DNA of 60,000 nt from Felis catus (lineage: Eukaryota), in contig NC_058382.1 of NCBI RefSeq assembly GCF_018350175.1, positions 50,842,001 to 50,902,000 of the forward strand. Direction: 5' to 3'. Of this stretch, positions 51,104 to 60,000 are shown in pieces. Each line of letters starts with the position of its first letter. Positions within the stretch are counted from its first letter, which is position 1. The position numbers and the translations under genes were made by a program. The notes under the pieces are model-generated. The model had not been told where the DNA came from and did not search any database. It worked only from the letters and a program-made list of their open reading frames with translations.

Positions 51104-52654
51104 AACCTCCATGGTTTTTTCAACAAATCCTGCTCCACACTATACCATGTTCACTACAAGAGTTTTTTTGTCTTACTGTTTTTTTAGTACATTATTCTTT
51201 AAAGTTGATTTGTGTTAAGGACTATGCAGTGCGTATTATTTTAGTAGCTTTCCTTTCATTTTTTAACAAGTGTCCCTGGTGATTTTCCCAAGGTGTATAT
51301 AGGAATAAATACATGCAAAAAAGAAAAAAAAGAAAAAATATGTATAGCAAACCATACAAATGTAAATGTAAAGTAAATAGATACTTCTCAAGCAAAGGCA
51401 CAAAACATTTATTTTTTTGCTCCTCTGTTGCACAAATCAAAATGAAGTTTTATAGATACGATGTCTGATTTATTTTCTTCACAAAAGAATAACATTTGGG
51501 GTGTAAATATATTTGAGAATTTACCTGTATATGAATAATGTGTTTGTATGTGTAAGCGTTCTTTGCAAGTTCTTGTTTCCAATGTACGGAGCTGATACAC
51601 TTGTCTTTTCTTAATCAAGAACTTCCTCTGGACTATTTTGCTTCTTTTCATAAGATTTTTCATCAGTTAAGAAAGTAGGACTCTTTCATTTAAATTATGC
51701 AGGAAAAATTTTAAAAAAAAACAACAACATGGGCAAACAAAGACAGAAACAGTGGGAGAATGGTAGGGAAGATTACTGGTAAAATTTGATTTCAAGGCCC
51801 ATCTTATTTTTTTTTTAATTTGGAATTCATTTTATTTCCCTAATAAGGAAATGGAGATGGTAGGATATCTAGGGGAAATTTGCAAGATATCAAAGCTCAG
51901 TAAGGTGACAGGATTAATGGCAATCAAAAGTTCTCTGTATTTGAATTTCCTCCTCTTTAAAATGAAGGAAAATAGTTATGTCATCTACTGAGGTCTATTC
52001 CAGATCCATCACACAGCTGACAATCACAGACTTGTATTTATATTACAGCAGTGGCTTTATAGAATGACAAATCACTTTTGGATACTTCCATTGTCAGACC
52101 TGCCCTTAGCCTTTGGTAGAGATTATCACTTGCCCACAGTCCCTAGAGGAGGCATTTCTGTTCTTCCTGTTACTCCAACTTCTTCTCCCCTATCCTGGTT
52201 ATATATCATCACGCAAGATGAACACCTGATCAAAGACAGCCAACTCTGTTCCCTTTCTTTATTCTGTGAACTTCCTTGGGGGTAACCATAGCAAACCCAT
52301 GGACAGAGAAACAGAGAGTGTCACACATGCAGAGAAAATGGAGGAAAGAGACAAGGCTCTGGACGGATGGAGCAGGAAGTAAGAGCTGCCCATGGCTCGA
52401 CAGAGACCCTGTTCCCAGGAACAGACGACTCAAGGCCAGGAAATGCTCTTTACTCTGTCCTTAGATCCAAACAGTGCTCTTTCCCATAAAGATTTTATTC
52501 ATTGTATTGAATTTGGGTGGAATTGGGCTCCTCCTTTTACTAGAACAAAAATGAAACTTTCAAAAACATTTCATGGGTGCATTCTGAATTCAGCAAACAA
52601 ATATCAATGTTTTGATTTCTTGATAAAATAAATGAAATCCCTTAACCACTTACT

Positions 52655-53030
52655 AATCCATTCATCTGATGCATTTTGATAAAAATCGGAGTGCCAAATA
52701 TTCTAGGCATTTTCCAAGGGTCTGTGGAAATAGCGATCAACAAAATGGACAGACGTCTTTGTCCTCATGAAGCTTGCACTTCAGTGGGGAAGACAGGTAA
52801 AAAGAGAAGTGAGATATCTTAATGATGTCTTCTAAAGGGGAAAATATAGAAGAGAGGACAGGAAAACGTGGAGGGGCGGGAGTTCTAATACTCCATGAAG
52901 CGACCAGAGAAGACTTTGACAAATTGACATCTGAAGAAGGGGGGTGAGCACAGAGGACAGTTGATGGCAGACAATCCCAAGCAGAAGGAAAAAGTAAAAA
53001 GGATTTCAGGAGGGCACATGACTGCAAAAT
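52655..53030 (-). mobile_element. L2 fragment (appears to continue at ~54395-54500)
   Basis: atccattcat…gtgccaaatattctaggc…gtcctcatgaagcttgcacttcagtggggaagaca. Confidence 0.7.
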
Positions 53031-53039
53031 AGTAAGGGG

Positions 53040-54390
53040 GAGCTTGGAGTTTCTGGTTCTGTGGATAAGGACCTTGAAAGTCACCACTCCTTCCCAGAAA
53101 GTAAAAGCCAAGCAGACTGAAAACTCACAACCGTTCTGGCATCCCTTGGATCCATAAGAAAGGTGAGGACACAGGGCACACATCTGTCTCCAAAGCTGAC
53201 GAAACAGACAGCCAAGTAAGAGGCAGTTGCAGCTGCCTTCCCGAGCACAGACATAATCATACACCGACGTGTGGACCAGTGATAGAGCAGGGAACCTGAA
53301 ATATGATTCCTTAATTGCTGGGGGCTCAGTGGGGACAAGTGAGAGTTAAAAACTCCAGGGCGGGGGCAGTCATAAGGGCACCCCCACAATATTGTGAGAT
53401 TTATGTCCAGGAGTTCAATCAGGATATCAGGAAAAAGATCGCCTCCTATTTGAGGCAGGAGGAGGGGAAAAGGTACTATTATAAAATACACCAGAGCACT
53501 CTGTTCTTATCAAGGCTTGCCTTCAGAAGAAACTACTTAACTAGAGCCTAACCTGCTGAGGTATATCATCAAAGCGTCACTGACCAGGGATAGGGAGATA
53601 GCCAACTCCAGTTGGCTCCAGTCCACTCTAGCCATCCTGTCCCACCTAAGGGGGAAGAAATAACAGAGGAACACTGGTGAAGTTCACGGGCTGGAGGCAG
53701 AGGTGCACTCAGAGACCGAGACCCATCACAGCATGTAGAACACACCCCTCCACCCACACCTCACGAGCACGTTACTGAAGGCCTATTTACAGCAGTTCCT
53801 TTTACCCTGTACAGCATGACAGGCGATCAAGAAAAAATATAAGACACACTAAAAGGCAAAAAAAACACAATGTGAAGAAACAGACAAGGCATCAGAAGTG
53901 GATGCAGTCAGGATGTGAGAATCATCAGACAAGGAATTTAAAACAACTACGATGGATATGTTAAGAGCTCTAACACATGACAACATGTAAGAACAGATGG
54001 GCAACGTAAGTAGAGAGATGGAAATTCTAAGAATGAACCACGAAGAAATCCTGGATATAAAAAATACTGCAACAGAGATGAAGAATGTCCTTTCATTTGG
54101 GCTTAATAGTAGACTGCACACGGTTGAGGAAAGAATCTTTCAAAGACTTGAAGACAAAAACGGGAACAAAGAAGAGGGGCAACAAGTAGAAAACAGAAAT
54201 GAATATGGTAGATATTCGTCCATCTATATCTTTATCAGTAACCAGTCGAATGTCGATGGTCTAAAGACACCAGTATTTTCTGAGTGGATCAAAAAGCAGG
54301 CCCCAACTACATGCGTCTACCAGAGGCCCACGTCAAGTATAAAGGCACATACAGGCCTCAAGTAAATAGGTGGAGAAAAACAAGCTGTGC
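53040..54390 (+). mobile_element. Old L1 5' fragment: 5' UTR, ORF1 coiled-coil remnant and ORF2 endonuclease start, internally deleted
   Basis: MGNVSREMEILRMNHEEILDIKNTATEMKN…LNSRLHTVEERI (ORF1p-like), then NVDGLKTP…SEWIKKQAPTTCVYQ (ORF2 EN N-terminus-like). Confidence 0.85.
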
Positions 54391-54839
54391 TCAAACGGGG
54401 AGGTGATAGGGTGGCTGGAATTATGGGAGTTTGAGGAGGCTGGTAAAATAGAAATCCCAGAGGTAACAAGGAGCCAGATTACATAGCACTTTGTTTTCCA
54501 ATTCTCTTAATTAAAAAAGAAACCGCTTTATTGCCAACAAGGATATGAGATTGGGCACAGACTGGTGTCATCGCCTGCTGCTGAATCACAAGAGGTTCAG
54601 AAAGACACACGTGTTGCTTCTTACTTGCACGCACTGGAGGAAGCACAGCAAAATGGAACCCGTAAATTTAATTCCTGGTTATGCTATTTCCATTATGTGA
54701 TAATGGGTTCATTACTTAACTCTACAGGTTTCAGTTTCTTCATTAAAATTAGGGAATTTCATGAATTACCTTAACTTTCAACACAAAAGTTCATGACTCT
54801 ATGGCTTATATCAGCATTCATTAACACGGATCTATGGGC

Positions 54840-55300
54840 TATTAGTCAGGGCTCATTTGGTTACAGAACAAAACAAAAACTCATTTCGAAACTAGTTCAT
54901 GATGAAATACAACGGCACTGAAGAGAAGACGTGGGACTCACACCCACTGGGAGTTTCATCTCTGTCAAGGGCGGGAGAGCAAGCAAGGGCAGGACTCAAT
55001 ACCCAGGACTCTGGGACCCCCATGTCCTCTCCCTGCAGGCTGCCTCCTGCTCTCTTCCTGGCTTGTCCCAGGAGATGGGAGGCTCGCTCTCCAGCAGCTC
55101 TCAGAACACACCTCCCACTCTTTAGAGAGAGACTCCTCACCTCAGTTCTAATTAGAAAAACCCTGGGGCTGCATCACCTGCTCCCTTCTCTGACCAGTCT
55201 CTAAGAAAGTCATTAGGTGAAGACAAAAAGCCCTTCCCTAAAGTGCAGGAGGGAGGCTGTTCCCATCACAGGGGAGGCTTCCTGAGAACAAGGTACAACA
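54840..55300. mobile_element. MaLR (MLT1-type) LTR remnant
   Basis: tattagtcagggctcatttggttacag…aactcatttcgaaactag start. Confidence 0.5.
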
Positions 55301-55814
55301 GGTACCCAAGCAAATGCTCTACCGGTAGGCGGGTGTGAATCACCGTTGACGTTAAAACGTTATGTGTATATGTTCAATCGTATGGAGATAGTTTCCTTTG
55401 GCAAAAGAATTATGAAGAAAGGTCTCTAGGTTATTTTTGAGTTTATTATTATTATTTTTTACTGCATAAGATGGAGATAAAGGGAAAGATACGGGAAGAA
55501 GTCTCTCTCAACTCACAGAAATGGAACTTGGAATTCAGTCCTGAGCCTGCACTTTACCAGCAAGTGCCAAGGGCAACCGACTGACTTCCTCTGAGAAAGG
55601 AGTAACAATCTGTGACCTCATGTCTCCCCAAGTAACAGAAACTGCAGATGATTTACTGATTAGGAAGCAGTGTGCCATTAGACGGCTTGGTCCTCGTGAC
55701 AATCCTGTGGGGTTACCACTAGGCAGTGTGCAGGAGAAACTGAAGCCTAAAGTCCTTATATTTTTCAATATGAAAAGAAAAAAAATGGGTAGTAAATACA
55801 TAAGCATTACATTT

Positions 55815-56470
55815 TTTGGTCTCATTTATTGTGGTATGTGGTCTATTTACATAAACTAAAATTCACACACTGAAAGCATAAAGTTCTATGAATTCTGACA
55901 AATTCATAGAATCATGTAACACCACCACAATCAAGAAATACTATATATGCCATCAGCCTTAAAGGGTTATTCATGATCAGTTCCCCACTCCCCAACCCCT
56001 GGCTGACACCCATCTGCTTTCTGTCCCTGTAAGTCTCCCTTTTCCCGAAGGCCATATAAGTGTAAGCACACAGTATGTAACCTGTTAAGTCTGGCTTCTT
56101 TCATTCGGCGTAATGCCTCTGAGATTCATCTACGGCAGTTATCGTGTGTATCAAGAGTTCATTCCTGTATGTTGCTGAGTAGTATTCTATGGTGTAGATG
56201 TACTATGATTTTTCCATTCATCCCCTGAATGACTTCTGGGTAATTCCCAGCTTTTTAACAATTACAAATAAAGCTGCAAGAAGCATTCACGTGTTTTATG
56301 GGGACACAGGTAGCTGTTTCTTCTTGGGCAAATGTCTAAGCATAGCACTGCTGGGTCACACGACGAATTCTTTTACAAAGGGGCTGTCTCATTTTGCTTC
56401 CAACCAACAATATATGAGAGTTTCGGTTGTTCAATATCTGCCAGTATTTGGTACTGTCCAGTCTTATTTT
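55815..56470 (-). mobile_element. Old L1 3' end (L1MC/MB-like)
   Basis: tatgaattctgacaaa…tgtaacaccaccacaatcaaga…gttgctgagtagtattctatggtgtagatgtac. Confidence 0.8.
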
Positions 56471-56938
56471 TAAGTGGATTTTTATAACATAGCTGATAAA
56501 AGAGAAAACTTGAATTCAGATATAACTCTTCTGACTCTAGATGGAATAAATAAACGTGAAAGCAGTTCTATATTTACAGAATTACATAAAGGTTTTTGCA
56601 TTCGGTGCTCATTTCCTGTATGGGGCCCCATGGTAATGGACCACTGGCTGTTGCCTAATTCTTATAATACAGAAAGTCAGATTGGAAAAGTCACCGCATG
56701 GATTGTTTGTCCTGATTTCGTTTCATTTGCTGACCTAATGACAGAACACAACTTGTCGTTAATTGGTGTCAATACCAGCAGAATTTGGGGTACTGAAATT
56801 TTAAGAATTCGAAAATTAGAAATTTTACTTTGGGCATAGTTTACCTACATTATCCTTAGAATTAAAAAATGAGCATATGAAGCTTGGTGGACACTCCTCC
56901 GACTTTGGTGATTTGTTAAACAGATAAGAATAAAGTAC

Positions 56939-57134
56939 GGGCACCTGGGTGGCTCAGTCAGTTACGCATCCAACTTCAGCTCAGGTCATGATCTCATGGT
57001 TCCTGGGTTCAGGTCCCGCATCAGGCTCTGTGTTGACAGCTCAGAGCCTGGAGCCTGTTTTGGATTCTGTGCATCCCCCTTCTCTCTGTCTCTCTCTCAA
57101 AAATGAACGTTAACATTTTTTTTGAAAGAAGAAA
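56939..57134 (+). mobile_element. Can-SINE
   Basis: TSD aagaataaagta. Confidence 0.95.
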
Positions 57135-57139
57135 AGAAT

Positions 57140-57400
57140 AAAGTAGGCGGCACGTGGCGGTCTTCTCCCTTTCATCCACGACCATTAATTGATGGCCCCG
57201 TGGTTATAAAGCACCATGAACATGGCGGTGGCATGTAAGAGCAAGGCTCTCCCTCTGGGGGAAGCCCTGTGTCACCCCCACTGTATAATTCCTTCGAATC
57301 TTGCCGCACATTAATTTCAGATTATTTTACAGGTGTTTTATGGCATTCCGGGACTAGCTATTTGCATACGTTACGTAAGCTATAAGGAAATTCAGCGTCT
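57140..57400. promoter_or_regulatory. Candidate enhancer or promoter (CpG-retaining motif cluster)
   Basis: CACGTG, TATAAAG, AACATGGCGG, TTTTATGG, CATTCC, ATTTGCAT and TTACGTAA within ~230 bp. Confidence 0.3.
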
Positions 57401-58319
57401 TCACAGCTACTGTCATCACCAATAAACCTAACACTCTTTAAAAGAAGCAACTGTGCATATGGTAGATTTTACCAAGGTTCTGAGTCTACGTCATGCCCCA
57501 GAGAGACCAAAAAACCCAATTTTAAATAAGTCATTGGTTTCTACTTCATTTTCCACTTTAATCCAGTCGACCCTCAGGTGTTTCTTGGTGCTGACTCAGG
57601 CCTTTGATATTTTTTCCCTATAGAGACTCCATTTCCACCCCGACTCTAGCGCGTACGACTTGCCAAGTTATTTAACTGCCGTGTGGCTAGTTGTCCAATT
57701 TGGAAAAGTGGGTTAGTACAAGTATAACTAATGCATAGGGTAGCTGAGGATTAGGGGAGTTAACCCACAGAGTGGATGGCTGTTTTCCTAGACATGCTCA
57801 GGGCCACACCAGTGTCAGGCACCAGCTTCCGCTGTGTTTCTATGGAGAACAATTTAGTCCCAGTTGCATTTTTAAGAGTTCTGTTGACATCCACTCCCCT
57901 GGCTTCTCTTCTTCCATCCCAGAGGGCATGTCTAATATTTTATGAACAAAAAAATGGCTTCTTCCGAACAGAAATTCTGAGGTTACACCGTCAGAGAATA
58001 CGTTTGTCACGTTATTAAGGATCTACGTCTTCCACAGTGCGAGCCAAAGTAAATGGTTTGGGAACACCACTTTCTTTTCATATAGTTCGTGTACAATTGT
58101 ATTAGCAATATTTGTGATAACGGTGAAGACAGGTAGCTTACCCTTAATGGTAGCTACTGAATAGGAACCAGATATTGGGATAAATTACATCATTTTACAG
58201 AAAAACATGGAGATTAGTGTTTCCTGTCCCATCTATCTCACTGTTATGAGGCTTACGTAAATATTAGAGATTTTAGTAAATCAGAATAATTACAACATCA
58301 CGGTGGGGATTAGACACAC

Positions 58320-58505
58320 TGGAGCACTAGAGAATCCTGGCAGCAGACAATCCTGGGTTTACAGCCAGGTCCCAGATGGGTGACCTTGAGCAAATAACAT
58401 AAACTCTGAGTTTTCAGTCTCCTGTAAGAATGACAATACCCACGGAGACATCCTAAGGTTTAAATGAGAAGCGTGCAGTAGGTACTCATTAAACGTCATC
58501 CATTT
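58320..58505 (+). mobile_element. MIR
   Basis: cctgggttt…gggtgaccttgagcaaataacataaactctgagttttcagt…tgtaagaatg…cagtaggtactcattaaa. Confidence 0.75.
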
Positions 58506-60000
58506 TCCAGTCCCCCGTGAGTCACAGGCAGGAAAACTCATCTCCAGCACCCTGTTAATTGGATAAATAGTTCATTCTCTCACTATGTGACTGATGCCTG
58601 TGGAAGCTTACAGGTGTAGGTGATACCAGATTCAGGCCCAAGTCTTGTGCAGTCAGGAAAGACGGTGGAGGTCCTACAGCCTGAGATGGCCACACTTCCC
58701 ATGGTGGCACAATCTAAGCAGTGCAGCCTTGAAAGCCGCAGAAAGGGACAGAGGACACTCATCCAGAGCAAGAGGCCAGGATGGAGCACGGGCATGTGCA
58801 AAATCAGCTGGCTTGGTCATGAAAAATGTCCGTCCACTCTCAGAGGCGGACAGAAATAAGCATTTGTTTTCGTGGATCTTCAAGTCAGCTGGGTTTGATT
58901 GAACTGGGTTGAGCAGCTCTGCTTCCTGCTGTAACAGGCAGAGTGACTGTACTCCACATGTCTTGCCCCCTGCTTGGGTGATGAGAACTAGGGCTTGCTC
59001 CTCTCGTGGCAAAGGCCAACACACAAAAGGATGGGCAGAATACACAAGGCCTCTTAAGGACTACGCTTCGATTTGCATAATTTTTACTGATAACACGTTA
59101 TAGGCCCAAGAGCCTACCGTGGTCCAGATGATACCTAACGCTCTGCCATGTCCTTTGCAATCACAAAGTCTCAGCTGCTCCGAAGGAGCTCCTACATACT
59201 GTCTAGCGAGACTCACTAAATTGGCCAGCAAACCAAGGTAAAAATTGTCTTTAGTCCTAAAATTATTCAGACCCAAATTCTCATGCCATGACCAAAACTT
59301 GCACATCTCAACTGACACCTTATTTTATTCTCTTCATCCATGTTCTGGATGCTTACAATGTCGAGAGAACTGAGCCTTTCTGCTCAATTACTTGGATGTC
59401 AGTGATCCTTGTAGTAATGCATTCATCAAGACACCTATGTAAGTTATAAAGACAATTCTCTTAGAGTCATATTTGATAAAAACTTGAGAAAAGTTTTTGA
59501 TCTGGGTATTAGCCACTTTAAAATGTGACAATATAAGCTTATCTTTGCAGGATTTGAAAAATAAAAAAAATGTATTTGCAATCAGAACACTGAGCTATTT
59601 TTTTTTGTTTTTTTGATTTATATGCTGTCTCTGATTTTTATTCTAGCTACTTGCTTTAAAGTGATGTCATATGCAATCCACGTTCTACCAGTGTAAATAT
59701 AAATGAAACCTCATGAAATTTAGCACGGCTCATTTGAATCACAAGTAAATGGCTTCTCTATTTTTGGTACTACAAGAAATTAGTTGTCAGTCATTTGCCT
59801 AAAATAGCTTTTCTATTTTAATTCATGAGTGATTCATTTTTTGTTTTGTTTTTTGGTTTGCTTCTTTTTGCTCATGGTATTCATTACAAGTATAATTGGT
59901 GCCCGCCCAGCTCCCCAGTGTACCATCTCCAGCACTCAAGATTTTGGCCACTCGTGTCTCCTGTATATTACCCCCTCTCTGGGAATTGCCTTGAGCCCAC

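Noticed and set aside
52737..53264. 175-aa minus-strand ORF
   Set aside because: It spans an L2/L1 junction, with no recognisable domain or exon structure.
56474..56839. 121-aa ORF in apparently unique sequence
   Set aside because: GTG start, no recognisable homology and no convincing splice boundaries; consistent with chance.
2641..57134. Many near-identical ~200-bp repeats with tRNA-like heads, as possible tRNA genes or a CRISPR-like array
   Set aside because: They are dispersed on both strands with (CT)n tracts, poly-A tails and TSDs, i.e. Can-SINEs. There is no cloverleaf 3' half and no regular repeat-spacer period.

Overview
Mammalian nuclear DNA from a felid (cat family), identified by about 31 tRNA-derived Can-SINEs, including young SINEC_Fc1-type copies. 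The window is AT-rich and mostly intronic or intergenic. It also holds old L1, L2 and MIR fragments, MER20/MER5 DNA-transposon relics, MaLR/ERVL LTR fragments, one carnivore-type solo LTR (41270-42015) and several microsatellites. There is no prokaryotic-type system, CRISPR array, rRNA or tRNA gene, and nearly all supplied ORFs are artefacts of repeats. The only gene-like signal is a set of minus-strand exon candidates in the first ~10 kb (best 1213-1468) that can be joined in phase but that I cannot assign to a known gene. The best-supported oddities are small structural ones: two SINEs stacked at one target site with three TSD copies inside a twin-primed L1, a perfect 26-bp TCTAGA palindrome, a 203-bp pure-purine compound repeat, close inverted SINE pairs, and CpG-retaining motif clusters that may be enhancers or a promoter. 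Repeat subfamily names are from recalled consensus sequences, not a search, and repeat boundaries are approximate. I see no convincing novel biological system.
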